Shown here in pieces: positions 9,643-20,860 of a stretch of 64,000 nt of DNA. A program made the position numbers and the translations under genes. Numbering within the stretch: position 1 is the first letter of the stretch; each line of letters starts with the position of its first letter. This stretch comes from Gammaproteobacteria bacterium. Lineage in GTDB: Bacteria > Pseudomonadota > Gammaproteobacteria > Steroidobacterales > Foliamicaceae. The stretch spans positions 2,343-66,342 of the forward strand of contig VXSK01000022.1 of assembly GCA_009838035.1 (NCBI GenBank). Reading direction: 5' to 3'. The notes under the pieces are model-generated. The model saw nothing but the letters and a program-made list of their open reading frames with translations, did not search any database and had not been told where the DNA came from.

Positions 9643-11235
9643 GTGCGCCTGTTGTTCCGAATCATTGGGATCGTGCGCCTGCTGGCGCGTTACGGCCTGT
9701 TGCGGGATGCCGGCGTCGCGCGCCCTCTGCGCGTGCCCGCATGGTTGCTGCTGGCGCGGCGCAGGCTCAAGGGCGAATCGCGCGGCCGGCGCTTGCGCGA
9801 GGCGCTGCAAGACCTCGGCCCGATCTTCGTCAAGTTTGGGCAGAACATTTCCACCCGCCCCGACCTTCTCCCGCAGGACATAGCGGAGGAGCTGGCGCGG
9901 CTACAGGATGACGTACCGCCATTCCCGGCGGAAGAAGCGCGCGAACTGCTGGGCGGCTTCTACGGACGTCCGGTGGAAGAAGTATTCGCCGAATTCGAGC
10001 CGGAAGCGCTGGCGGCCGCCTCGATTGCGCAGGTCCATGCCGCGTGCCTGCCGGACGGCGAGGAAGTCGTGGTCAAGCTGCTGCGCCCGGGCATCCGCGC
10101 GCGCATCGGCCGCGACGTGGAGTTGCTCTACGGCGTGGCGCGGCTGGCCAGCGCATGGTGGCCGTCCACCTACCGCCTGCGCCTGGTCGAAGTCGTCGAG
10201 GAATATGAGCGCACGCTCGGCTACGAACTGGACCTGACCCGCGAGGGGGCCAACGCCGCGCGCCTGAAGCGCAGCTTTGCCGGCTCCGACATCATCCACG
10301 TGCCGGCCGTGTACTGGGACTACTGTCGACCGGACGTGCTGGTCATGGAGCGCATACACGGCGCCCCCATCCGGGACGTGCAGGCGCTCAAGGACGCCGG
10401 CGTGGACATTCCGGAGCTGGCCGCCCGGGGCGTGCAGATCTTTTTCACCCAGGTGTTCCGGGACAGCTTCTTCCATGCCGACATGCATCCCGGAAACGTG
10501 TTCGTGGACATCAGCGATCCGAAGAACCCCCGCTACGCCGCCGTGGATTTCGGCATCGTGGGAATACTCGACGAGCGCGACCATCACTACCTGGGCCAGA
10601 CGCTGCTGGCCTTCTTCGAGCAGGACTATGCGCGCCTGGCGCGGCTGCACCTGTACTGGGGATGGGTCGCGCCCGATGCGCGCGCCGAGGACCTGGAGGC
10701 TGCCTTCCGGGTCATCGGGGAGCCGATCTTCGCCAGGCCGCTGAGCGAATGCAGCTTCGGAAGGGTCCTGGGCCGGATCTTCGCCACCGCCCAGGAATTC
10801 GACATGCACCTGCAGCCGCAGATGCTGCTGCTGCACAAGACGCTGCTCAACATCGAGGGCCTGGGCCGGGAGCTCTATCCCGAACTGGACCTGTGGGAAA
10901 CCGGCTATCCGCTGCTGAAGAAGTGGATGGCGCGCCGCGCCGAACCCGGCCGTGTGATGAAGGAGCTTCGGCGCGACCTGCCAGAGTTGCGGTACGCCGT
11001 TCAGCGCCTGCCCCGCGCACTCCACCGCCTGCTGGACAGGGCCGAAGGAGCGCCGAGCCGGCGTCGCGAACGCCGTCCGGAAGGGAGGCGAAGGCTGTGG
11101 CGGCAGCTGACCGGCTGCACGCTGCTGCTCGTGGGGGCCGTGCTGCTGGGTCTTCAGGCCCAGCCGCCGTTCCTGTCCTGGCTGGCCGGCGCGGCCGGCC
11201 TGCTCCTGGTGCTCAGCGCCCGCCCGCGCGCCTAA
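9643..11235 (+). CDS. ubiB: Ubiquinone biosynthesis protein kinase-like UbiB
   Basis: LGPIFVKFGQNISTRPDLLP, AAASIAQVH, FFHADMHPGNVF, DFGIVG, LQPQMLLLHKTLLNIEGLGRELYP. Confidence 0.95.
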   Translation: MRLLFRIIGIVRLLARYGLLRDAGVARPLRVPAWLLLARRRLKGESRGRRLREALQDLGPIFVKFGQNISTRPDLLPQDIAEELARLQDDVPPFPAEEARELLGGFYGRPVEEVFAEFEPEALAAASIAQVHAACLPDGEEVVVKLLRPGIRARIGRDVELLYGVARLASAWWPSTYRLRLVEVVEEYERTLGYELDLTREGANAARLKRSFAGSDIIHVPAVYWDYCRPDVLVMERIHGAPIRDVQALKDAGVDIPELAARGVQIFFTQVFRDSFFHADMHPGNVFVDISDPKNPRYAAVDFGIVGILDERDHHYLGQTLLAFFEQDYARLARLHLYWGWVAPDARAEDLEAAFRVIGEPIFARPLSECSFGRVLGRIFATAQEFDMHLQPQMLLLHKTLLNIEGLGRELYPELDLWETGYPLLKKWMARRAEPGRVMKELRRDLPELRYAVQRLPRALHRLLDRAEGAPSRRRERRPEGRRRLWRQLTGCTLLLVGAVLLGLQAQPPFLSWLAGAAGLLLVLSARPRA

Positions 11236-11248
11236 CCGGCGCTTCGAT

Positions 11249-12019
11249 TCAGGCGCGCAGCGAGCGGAGGAAGTCGCCGGGGTCCTCGCCGCGCTCGAGG
11301 CAGTCCACGACCGCCGAGCCCACGATAACGCCGTCCGCCACGCTCGCCAGCGTGCGCACCTGCTCGGCGCTGCGCACGCCGAAGCCCGCGCACACGGGAA
11401 GCGTCGAACACTCGCCGACCGTTTGCAAGTAGGCTGTCATTTCATCCGACACCCGGCGCTCGCCGCCGGTCACGCCGGTGACCGTCACGGCATAGACGAA
11501 TCCGCCGCTGCCCCCGCACAGGGTCCGCATCCGCTCGGCGGGAGTGGCCGGCGTGACCATCTGGACCAGCCCGACGCCGTGATCCTCAAACAGTTCACGG
11601 ACGCTGTCGCATTCCTCCCAGGGCAGGTCGGGCACGATCAGGCCGCCCACATGGCACTCGCCGCAGCGCTCGGCGAGGTTCTCCAGGCCGTAGGCCAGCA
11701 GCGGGTTGTAGTAGCTCATCAGCACCAGAGGCGCGCCCGGATCGCCATGCGCCTTCAGTTCTCGCAGGATCCAGTCGAGCGAAACGCCGTTGGCGAGGGC
11801 CGCTTCGCTGGCGCGCTGGATGGTCACGCCGTCTGCCATCGGATCGGAGAACGGAACTCCGATCTCCACGACATCGCCAGCATCTGCAAGCTGCTCAAGA
11901 ATCGAATGAAACTCCCCCGCGCTCGGATGTCCCGCAGAGAAAAAAGGAAGCAGGGCAGGCCGCCGGGCTTCAAGGATGGCGCGTCGGATTCGTTCGGCGC
12001 CGGGCATCGTACTACTCAC
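11249..12019 (-). CDS. trpA: Tryptophan synthase alpha subunit
   Basis: EIGVPFSDPMADGVTIQRAS, LMSYYNP, IVPDLP, GFVYAVTVTGVTG, GFGVRS, ADGVIVGSA. Start is GTG 12019 or ATG 12007. Confidence 0.92.
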   Translation of the reverse strand: MSSTMPGAERIRRAILEARRPALLPFFSAGHPSAGEFHSILEQLADAGDVVEIGVPFSDPMADGVTIQRASEAALANGVSLDWILRELKAHGDPGAPLVLMSYYNPLLAYGLENLAERCGECHVGGLIVPDLPWEECDSVRELFEDHGVGLVQMVTPATPAERMRTLCGGSGGFVYAVTVTGVTGGERRVSDEMTAYLQTVGECSTLPVCAGFGVRSAEQVRTLASVADGVIVGSAVVDCLERGEDPGDFLRSLRA

Positions 12020-12153
12020 GAAGCCGTACTGTAGGTCAAGGCAACCGCGTCTGACAAACGAAGACATCCGGCGTGGCGCAGCGGGCTTTGCAACCCTGTA
12101 CCCATGGACGGCATCCACTTAGGTACTGGTCTTGCAGACAACAGGGGAAACAA

Positions 12154-12588
12154 ATGAGACGCTTGGCGGGCATTGCAGGCACCTTTCTTCTTGTCGGTTG
12201 CACCGGATTTTCGGATCCCAGCGGTGCGATTGTGGACCTTAAGGGAGTGGACAGGGAGCAATATGAAGCGGACCTGGCGGATTGTCAGGACTATGCGAAC
12301 GAAGTACCGCTGGGGAAACATGTCGGCACCGGCGCTGTTGCCGGCGCTGTTGTTGGTGCGGCAGGGGCGGCCGTCTCCGGAGCCAATACGACGGGTATAG
12401 GGCAATCGGCTGGTGTCGGCGCGGTCTATGGCGGGACGATCAGAGGATTGGGAGCCGTGGGCGAGAAACAACAGGTCCTGCGCGAGTGCATGCGGGGCCG
12501 GGGCTATCGCGTCCTCAACTCCAGACACTACGGGCGTTCGACGCATTGTTGCGTGAATAGTGTGCCGCCGGTTGCCGTAATTCGATAA
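12154..12588 (+). CDS. Glycine-zipper lipoprotein
   Basis: Lipobox LLVGC; DLADC, GTGAVAGAVVGAAG glycine zipper, VLRECMRGRGYRVLN. Purine-rich RBS before ATG 12154. Confidence 0.75.
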   Translation: MRRLAGIAGTFLLVGCTGFSDPSGAIVDLKGVDREQYEADLADCQDYANEVPLGKHVGTGAVAGAVVGAAGAAVSGANTTGIGQSAGVGAVYGGTIRGLGAVGEKQQVLRECMRGRGYRVLNSRHYGRSTHCCVNSVPPVAVIR

Positions 12589-12643
12589 AGGAAGGGATCG
12601 CGCGGGCAGCGCAGGTTGCAGGCGCCAGCCCGAGGTATCGTGG

Positions 12644-13872
<1,229 letters not shown>

Positions 13873-13873
<1 letters not shown>

Positions 13874-14478
13874 CAGGCCAGGTCCGCCTCCCGGGCAGCG
13901 CGAATGAAGGCGCGAACCTGCCGGGGGTCCTTCACGCCGGCGCTTGACTCCACGCCGGAACTCACGTCCACGCCCCATGGACGCACGCGGCGAACGGCCT
14001 CGCCGACATTCTCGGGATCAAGGCCGCCGGCCAGCATCACCCGGGTGCGGCGGGCCAGGAGCGCTGCCCGCTCCCAACTCGGCGGACGCCCCTTGCCGCT
14101 TACGGCGCTCTCGAAAAGGCAGGGTATTTCAATCGAAAAATTGTCGGTATCGAATCGCTCATGGTCCCGGTACACAGGCAGCCTCCCGACATCCTCGGGC
14201 AGGCGCAGTTCCGCCAGGCAGTCGGCATCCGCCTGCAGTGAATCCGGTCTGAAACCTTCCAACACCTCGTCCCACTCCGCTTGTTGCGGGCGCAGCATAA
14301 CCGCAACGCGCTGCACGTGCCCGGGAACCGGTCCGGCCAGCGCCGTCGCCCGCTGCGGAGACAGGAACCGTGGTGAGGGTGGATGGAAATTGAAGCCGAT
14401 CGCATCGGCGCCCGCCTCCACCGCCGCCTCCACCGCATCGTGACGGGTCACCCCGCAGATTTTCACGAACAGGCTCAC
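13873..14478 (-). CDS. trpF: Phosphoribosylanthranilate isomerase
   Basis: VKICGVT, GADAIGFNF, LAGGLDPENV, PWGVDVSSGVES. Confidence 0.93.
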
Positions 14479-15302
14479 GGCTGCCTTCTCCGGCGGCCCT
14501 CGGCCAGCATGGCGGCGGTCAGCTCTTGTGGGTCCGCAGCGCGCATCAGGGCCGTGCCGATCAGCAGGCCGTCCCAGCCGCGGGCGGCCAGTTCGCCCGC
14601 CTGCCGCGCATCCTCGATTCCGCTCTCGGCAATCATCCGGTAGCCGCCTGCGTTTTGGGGGTCCACGCGCCCGAACCGCTCACGATCAACCTCCAGGGTC
14701 CGCAGGTCGCGGCAATTCAGTCCCAGCAATATCTTGTCCCGTGGCGCGTCAACGCGCCCGGCCATTTCCCGCGCACGCTCCAATTCCGCGTCCCCGAACG
14801 CCTCCAGCAGCGAAAACATGCCGCAGGCCAGGGCGGTGGCGAGCATCGCTTCGGTGTTCACGTCATCGGTCATGCCGACAATCAGCAGCACGCCCGACGC
14901 GCCATGCAATCGCGCCTCCAGCACCTGGTAAGGATCGACCAGAAAATCCTTGCGCATGACGGGTATGTCCCCGGCGGCCTTGGCGATGTCCGCCAGCAAC
15001 TCGAGCGACCCGCCGAAGCGGCTGGGTTCGGTCAGGACCGACAGCGCGGCCGCGCCCGCCGAAGCGTATTGCCGGGCAAACGCGGCCGGCGAGAAATCGG
15101 CGCCGGCCAATCGGCCCTCGCTGGGGGAGCGCGGCTTGATCTCCGCGATCAGGTCAAAACCATGAGGCGAGAAGCCGATGGCCCGCGGAAGCGGCAGCCG
15201 CTCGACCCGGCGGCGCAGCTCGTCCTCGGCCATGTGCTCCTTCGCCTCGGCGGAACGCCGGCAGCTGGATTCCGCCATGCGCTCGAGAAATTCGCCGCTC
15301 AT
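14475..15302 (-). CDS. trpC: Indole-3-glycerol phosphate synthase
   Basis: LIAEIKPRSPSEG, SVLTEPSRFGGS, MRKDFLVDPYQV, GLNCRDLRT, AESGI, LIGTALM. Confidence 0.93.
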   Translation of the reverse strand: MSGEFLERMAESSCRRSAEAKEHMAEDELRRRVERLPLPRAIGFSPHGFDLIAEIKPRSPSEGRLAGADFSPAAFARQYASAGAAALSVLTEPSRFGGSLELLADIAKAAGDIPVMRKDFLVDPYQVLEARLHGASGVLLIVGMTDDVNTEAMLATALACGMFSLLEAFGDAELERAREMAGRVDAPRDKILLGLNCRDLRTLEVDRERFGRVDPQNAGGYRMIAESGIEDARQAGELAARGWDGLLIGTALMRAADPQELTAAMLAEGRRRRQP

Positions 15303-16330
15303 GGCGCCGCCGCTCGCATGTCCTCCAGCAGGCCGCCCGCCGCGCCCGCCTGCAGTGCGTCCCGCGCCGTGCCCAGGCCTTCGCGCAGGCTGCTTGCCGC
15401 GCCCACGAGTTCCAGCACCAGGCCCGCCTGCAGCACCAGCGCGTCGCTCAGCGCTTCCGCTCCCTCGCCGCGCAGGGCGCCCTCCAGTGTGGCGGCGTTG
15501 TAATCGCGCTCACCGCCCGCCAGGTCGGATGGCTTGCAGCGCGGAATACCGAAGTCGGCTGGGTCCACGCTGCGATTGCGCATCTCGCCGGGACGCACGT
15601 CGATCAGCAGGAAACGGCCCACGGGCGTGGGCTCGTCCCAGCCCGGTTCGCCGTGCACGACGAAGCAGCGCTCGATGTCGAGGCCGCTCAGGGTATCCGC
15701 CATCAGGGCTGCCGCTTCGCGGCTGAACGCGCCCACCAGCATGAAGGGAGGCCGCGCCGGATTGGCCAGTGGGCCCAGCAGATTGAATACCGTGCGCACG
15801 CCAATCGCCGCCCGGATCGGCGCGATCGACTTCATCGCCGGGTGAAAATACGGCGCGAACATGAAGGCGAAGCCGTGGGCTTCGAGCGACCCCGTAACCT
15901 CTTCGGCCGTATTCGGCCAGGCCACGCCCAGCGCCTGCAGCACGTCGGCGCTGCCGGTCTTGCTGGACACCGCCCGGTTGCCGTGCTTTGCGATGCGCAC
16001 CCCGCAGGCGGCCGCCAGCAGTCCTGCCCCCGTGGACAGGTTGATGCTGCCGGAACCGTCGCCGCCGGTGCCGACCACATCGGCAACGGGCCCGCCCGCC
16101 GGCAGTTCCGGGCGGATCGCCAGCTCGCGCATCGCCCGCGCGAAACCGCGCAACTCCGCGGCGCTCTCTCCTTTCAGACGCAGCGACGCGAGCAGCGCGC
16201 CGGCCAGCGCCGGTTCGGCTTCGCCTCCGGCCAGTTCGCGCATCGCGGCCTCGGCCTGGCCCTCGGAGAGGTCGTCGCCGGCCAGCAGCCGTTCCAGCAT
16301 GGAACGGAGCGTTTGAGTCTGGGCGTTCAC
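15299..16330 (-). CDS. trpD: Anthranilate phosphoribosyltransferase
   Basis: DVVGTGGDG, NLSTGA, AKHGNRAVSSKTGSADVL, FAPYFHPAMK, RTVFNLLGPLANP. Start is GTG 16330 or ATG 16300. Confidence 0.93.
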   Translation of the reverse strand: MNAQTQTLRSMLERLLAGDDLSEGQAEAAMRELAGGEAEPALAGALLASLRLKGESAAELRGFARAMRELAIRPELPAGGPVADVVGTGGDGSGSINLSTGAGLLAAACGVRIAKHGNRAVSSKTGSADVLQALGVAWPNTAEEVTGSLEAHGFAFMFAPYFHPAMKSIAPIRAAIGVRTVFNLLGPLANPARPPFMLVGAFSREAAALMADTLSGLDIERCFVVHGEPGWDEPTPVGRFLLIDVRPGEMRNRSVDPADFGIPRCKPSDLAGGERDYNAATLEGALRGEGAEALSDALVLQAGLVLELVGAASSLREGLGTARDALQAGAAGGLLEDMRAAAP

Positions 16331-16350
16331 TGCGTGCTTCGAGGAGGCGC

Positions 16351-18153
16351 CTAGAGCGAGTACATCATGGGCAGCAGCAGGGAGAAGCCCAGCCACATAA
16401 TCAGGGTGAGCGGCGCGCCGATGCGCAGAAAGTCCAGGCGCCGGTAGCCTCCCGCGCTCATGATCAGCAGGTTGGTCTGGTAGCCGATCGGCGTGAGGAA
16501 GCTCATGTTGGCGCCGAATATCACCGCCAGGATGAAGGGCTCCACCGGCGCGCCGAGGCCGGTGGCGAACGAGTACGCGATCGGCGTTCCGATGATGGCC
16601 GCGGCGTTGTTGGAGACGATGTTGGTCAGTATCGCCATCAGAAGCATCAGGCCGCTGAGTATCAGCGGAATCGGCAGGTCGCCCGAAAGCACCACGAACA
16701 CCTGCGCCAGCCAGTCGGCTGCGCCGGTCTTGATCAGGGCCTGGCCGAGGCTCAGGCTGGCCACGATGATGATGGTCAGAGGCACGTTGAAAGCGTCCCG
16801 CACGTTCCTCCAGCTCAGGCACTTGGCCGCGATCATCAGTCCGGCTCCGGTCACGGCAGTGAGCACGATCGGTACCCAGCCCAGCGCCGCCGGGACGATG
16901 ATGGCGGCCATGATCCCCACCGCGGCCTTGGCCCGGCCGGCGCGGGGAAGTTCCACGACCCGTCCCAGCACCAGCATTGCGGATTCCGTGGCGAGGCGGC
17001 GGATTTCGGCGCGCGATGCCTGCACCAGCAACACGTCTCCGGTGTTCAGCCGCGCGTTCAGCAAGTCGTGCGTGGGCGCCTCGCGCGCGCCGGCGCGATG
17101 GATGGCCAGCGGCACCAGCCCGTAGATCTCGTCCAGGTGCGCCGCGCGCACGCTGCGCTTGTCCAGCGGCGAGCCCCGCGTCACCACGAGTTCCGCGATC
17201 TGCTGGGGTTCGTCGCGGAACCGGTCCTGGCCATGCGGCAACGAGGCGCCGAGCGTCTCTTCATATTCGCTCAGGCGCTCCATCGTGTCGCGAACGAACA
17301 GCCGGTCGCCCGCCCTGATCTGCAGCGTGTCAAGCCCGTGAAGGAACACGTTGTTGCCGCGCACGATCCGGGTAATCAGCATTTCATTGTTGGTGCGGGC
17401 CCGAATCTCCGCGACCGTCTTGCCGTCCGCGAATCCGCCGGGTTCGATGATCAGCGTGGAGGTAAAGAGAAGATTGGCCTTGGCCAGCGGCAGCGTACGC
17501 TCCGGCACCAGGCGGGGCGCAACGAGCCACAGGAACACCATGGCAACGCTTCCCACCAGCAGCACCGGCAGGCTGAAGGAGAACATTCCGAAAGTGGGCA
17601 GTCCGAGGTCCTGCTCGGCCAGCTTCACGACCAGCAGATTGGTGGACGTGCCGATCACCGTGGACATGCCGCCGATCAGGGTCGCGAATCCCATCGGCAG
17701 GAGAATCGACGACGGCGCCTGTTTGGCGTGCAGCGCCGCGGCTGTAAGCACCGGAAGCAGCATCACCACCACCGGCGTGTTGTTGACGAACGCGCTGAAA
17801 GCGGCCGAGCCGACCAGCGTCAGCAGCGCGGCGAGCAGCGGCTGGCGGGTCCAGAGCCGGGTGAAGAACAGGGCCACCGGTCGTAGCGCGCCGGTGGTCT
17901 CGAGACCCTTGCCGGCCACCAGCAGCGCCGTAATCGTAACGAGCGCTTCATGGCCCAGGTTAAGCAGGAAGTCCGTCGGCCGGATAAGTTCGCCGTCCTG
18001 CTCCAGCGGCCAGAAATGGAACGCCAGCAGCAGCAGCAGCAACACGCCCATGCCGGCGGTTTCCAGAGGAATCCGGTCACGGGTAAACAGGTACAGCGCG
18101 AACACGGTGAGCAGCATCACCATCACCGCGTGTGCGCCCGGGAACTCCGGCAA
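16351..18153 (-). CDS. SLC13/CitMHS-like permease with TrkA-C domains
   Basis: SAFVNNTPVVV, IGTSTNLLV, soluble TrkA-C-like middle region, TNIVSNNAAA, SFLTPIGYQTNLLIMSAGGY. Confidence 0.85.
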   Translation of the reverse strand: MPEFPGAHAVMVMLLTVFALYLFTRDRIPLETAGMGVLLLLLLAFHFWPLEQDGELIRPTDFLLNLGHEALVTITALLVAGKGLETTGALRPVALFFTRLWTRQPLLAALLTLVGSAAFSAFVNNTPVVVMLLPVLTAAALHAKQAPSSILLPMGFATLIGGMSTVIGTSTNLLVVKLAEQDLGLPTFGMFSFSLPVLLVGSVAMVFLWLVAPRLVPERTLPLAKANLLFTSTLIIEPGGFADGKTVAEIRARTNNEMLITRIVRGNNVFLHGLDTLQIRAGDRLFVRDTMERLSEYEETLGASLPHGQDRFRDEPQQIAELVVTRGSPLDKRSVRAAHLDEIYGLVPLAIHRAGAREAPTHDLLNARLNTGDVLLVQASRAEIRRLATESAMLVLGRVVELPRAGRAKAAVGIMAAIIVPAALGWVPIVLTAVTGAGLMIAAKCLSWRNVRDAFNVPLTIIIVASLSLGQALIKTGAADWLAQVFVVLSGDLPIPLILSGLMLLMAILTNIVSNNAAAIIGTPIAYSFATGLGAPVEPFILAVIFGANMSFLTPIGYQTNLLIMSAGGYRRLDFLRIGAPLTLIMWLGFSLLLPMMYSL

Positions 18154-18221
18154 GGCTTGATCCCCCCAGTAAAACGGAGGCCGCTATGGTAGCAGCCCCG
18201 GTGTTGCCGGAGATGGTTGCT

Positions 18222-19550
18222 TCAGGGGCCCTGACCGGCACGCAGCAAGGCCCAGGTCGAACGGAGCAGGCGCTCATAATCGGCCCGGTCGAGAAGCGAG
18301 CGAACCCGGCTGCCGTGCATCGTGAGGTTGTCCGCAACACGCACGAGCGGCAGCAGATTCAGCCACTTGCGGGCCGGAATGGCGTTTGCCCGGCGCGGCA
18401 GTACGCAATACGGCGACAGCGCCAGGAGTTGGCGGTGACGCGGGCTGCGCCGGGAGATGATCCGGCGAGCGCGGACGTCTCCGTAGCGCGGGGCAAGCGC
18501 GCGCACCAGTTGTTCCGCATTGAGCGCCGGGTACGGCCCCCGCTCCCGAGCCAGGCGCAGGGATTCGCGTAGCAACTGGCGCTTGAACAGCGTCAGCCAG
18601 CGTTGCAGGAGCCGCAGCGTGGAGAAGGACGCCGGATCCAGCCCGTGGCGCAATACCAGGTCCCCGATCCCGGTGACGTGCGCGGCCAGCCGGCGATTGG
18701 CCAGGGCGTCGCGGCGCAGTTGCTCCGAAGGCCATGTCACGGCATCGATCAGGTTGTCGGCCAGCCGCACTCCAACCCGAACCAGCTTCTTGAGGTGTTG
18801 CGTGCCGCGCTCGATCTGCTCCAAGGGGATCGCGCTCAAGTCGAACTGCATGCCCAGCCAGGCGGTATCGGCTGGGGCCTCGAACAGGCTCAGCGGCATG
18901 ATCGTGTCCGGCCTCTCGCTACCCATCAGGTCCGTAAGCGGCTGCTTTTGGCCCGCAAGGACCAGGTCGATGCGCGGGTTGACGTGACTGGCGCAAACCA
19001 GTTCCTCCCACAGCGCTTCCTCGCGGAAGGTTCCCGCGTCCACCCGCAACGCCGTGCGCGGGCCTGCTCCGCCCGGATCCTGCACGGCCTTCAGCAGGGT
19101 GCGGCATGCCGGATGTTCGGCACGAAGCGAAAAGACCACCGGAGGAACCTCGGGCAGGACCTCGGACTGCTTTCGGATCTCGCGGATCAGCGCGTCGAGC
19201 CAGGCGCCGAAATGATCCGGGACAATCCCGGAGAGGTCGATCCCGATCGCGACGTCCCGCTCTCCGGGTTGCGCAAGGCAGTCGCGAAATGCCCCTAGCG
19301 CAGGACCGCCGGAACCGGGCGATTCGTCCGGGCCGACCCGCATGCGGAAGGCATATTGTCCGGAGACGGCATGGCTTGTCGCAAGCGGATCCCCGGCATC
19401 GAACGGCAGCGGCCCGATGGTTTCGCCGCTGAGCAACCGCTCGAAGTAGCCGCGCCAGCGCTGGGGCTCCGCTTCGCCGCGCACGGCTATCGCCGCCAGT
19501 GCGCGCGCATGCTCCAGCCGCCCGCCATTGCCGATCGTCCGCGGATCCAT
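18222..19550 (-). CDS. Hypothetical protein resembling the C-terminal barrel half of ribonucleotide reductase large subunits (NrdJ/NrdA), apparently without catalytic Cys
   Basis: VRLADNLID..TWP....DALANRRL..HVTGIGDL; ESLRLARERGPYP; RHRQLLALSP mirror the RNR motifs VRFLDNVID..P....RRLGLG.MG.AD; S.ELA.E.GPFP; RN..LL.IAP. Confidence 0.65.
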   Translation of the reverse strand: MDPRTIGNGGRLEHARALAAIAVRGEAEPQRWRGYFERLLSGETIGPLPFDAGDPLATSHAVSGQYAFRMRVGPDESPGSGGPALGAFRDCLAQPGERDVAIGIDLSGIVPDHFGAWLDALIREIRKQSEVLPEVPPVVFSLRAEHPACRTLLKAVQDPGGAGPRTALRVDAGTFREEALWEELVCASHVNPRIDLVLAGQKQPLTDLMGSERPDTIMPLSLFEAPADTAWLGMQFDLSAIPLEQIERGTQHLKKLVRVGVRLADNLIDAVTWPSEQLRRDALANRRLAAHVTGIGDLVLRHGLDPASFSTLRLLQRWLTLFKRQLLRESLRLARERGPYPALNAEQLVRALAPRYGDVRARRIISRRSPRHRQLLALSPYCVLPRRANAIPARKWLNLLPLVRVADNLTMHGSRVRSLLDRADYERLLRSTWALLRAGQGP

Positions 19551-19639
19551 GCTTCGAATGTGCCGCTCGAATGCCGGCCCGGCAATCGGGAAATTGGCCG
19601 CGTTCGCCCCGTTATGGGTGTGGCGGGCCTAGTGACTTG

Positions 19640-20860
19640 TCACGCCTGGATCAGGTCCTTGAGGGCAACGGACTCGTCGGTCAGCAGACCAGGGTCCGGG
19701 GCAGAGCCGGAGGCGATCAGTTTCTTGCCCGCCATGAAATCCCGTGGACTGGATACGGCTTCCACCGCGGTCAACCGGTCGTCGCGCAGGCGGAACGCCG
19801 CGAAACTGCCGGAGGTTGGATCGCCGCGCAGGATGGTTTCGTCCGCGGGCCGGGCGAGTCCTGCGATCTGCAGCTTCACGTGAAACTGGTCCGACCAGAA
19901 CCAGGGCAGGCCGGAATAGGGTTTCGGATCGCCCAGGATTACCGAGGCGGCCACCTGGCCATGGTCCACGGCGTTCTGCACCGATTCCAAACGCACGGCG
20001 AACCCCAGGGTGGTATTGACCGCGCGCGCGCAGTCGCCTGCGGCCAGCACCGATTCGTCTTCGGTCCGGCAGTGCTCGTCGGCCAGGATGCCGTCGTCTT
20101 CGCCAAGACCGCACTCGCGGGCCAGGTCCGCCGACGGGAGCACGCCGATGCCCACCACCACGGCATCGGCGGCATGCGTGCCGTTGGCCGTTTCGACCGC
20201 CTCGATGCGCCTGCGCCCCGCGAAGCCCCGGACCTGCTCGCCGACCCGAATGCGCACGCCGGATTGCCGGTGCAGGCCGGTAAGCCAGTCCGCGACGGGG
20301 GCGCTGGCCACGCGGCTCATTACCCGCTCCTCGGCCTCCAGGACAGTGACTTCGGCGCCGGCCTTCGCCGCCGTGGCCGCCACTTCCAACCCTATGTACC
20401 CTCCGCCCACAATGACAATCCGCCGCCCGGGAGCCAGCTCTCCGTGCAGTGCGTCGGCGTCGTCCAGCGACCTCAGATAGTGGACGCCGGGCAGGTCCGA
20501 GCCCGGAGCATCGAGCTTACGCAGAACGCTTCCCGTGGCCAGCACCAGGCGGTCGTAGCCAAGCTCCTCGCCATCGTCCAGAAACGCGCGCCGGTGGCCG
20601 CGGTCCACCGACAGCACCCGGCGGCCCAGGCGCAGCTCCACGTCCCTGGACTCGTAGTACTCGGCCCGGCGAAGCAGCAGCCGCTCGCGCTCGAGGTCGC
20701 CGGCCAGGTACTGCTTGGAAAGTGGCGGGCGCTGATAGGGTGGCGCGTTCTCGTCGCTGACCAGCGTTATCGGTCCGCCATGGCCGCCGAGCCGAAGCGA
20801 AACAACCAGTTGGGCCGCGGCCTGGCCGCCGCCGACGATGAGCACCGATTCTCCCGACAC
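19640..20860 (-). CDS. FAD/NAD(P)-dependent ferredoxin reductase (putidaredoxin-reductase type)
   Basis: IVGGGQAA, PYQRPPLSK, LATGS, VGGGYIGLEVA, AAGDC, RLESVQNA, PWFWSDQF. GTG start overlaps the stop of the upstream permease. Confidence 0.9.
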   Translation of the reverse strand: MSGESVLIVGGGQAAAQLVVSLRLGGHGGPITLVSDENAPPYQRPPLSKQYLAGDLERERLLLRRAEYYESRDVELRLGRRVLSVDRGHRRAFLDDGEELGYDRLVLATGSVLRKLDAPGSDLPGVHYLRSLDDADALHGELAPGRRIVIVGGGYIGLEVAATAAKAGAEVTVLEAEERVMSRVASAPVADWLTGLHRQSGVRIRVGEQVRGFAGRRRIEAVETANGTHAADAVVVGIGVLPSADLARECGLGEDDGILADEHCRTEDESVLAAGDCARAVNTTLGFAVRLESVQNAVDHGQVAASVILGDPKPYSGLPWFWSDQFHVKLQIAGLARPADETILRGDPTSGSFAAFRLRDDRLTAVEAVSSPRDFMAGKKLIASGSAPDPGLLTDESVALKDLIQA

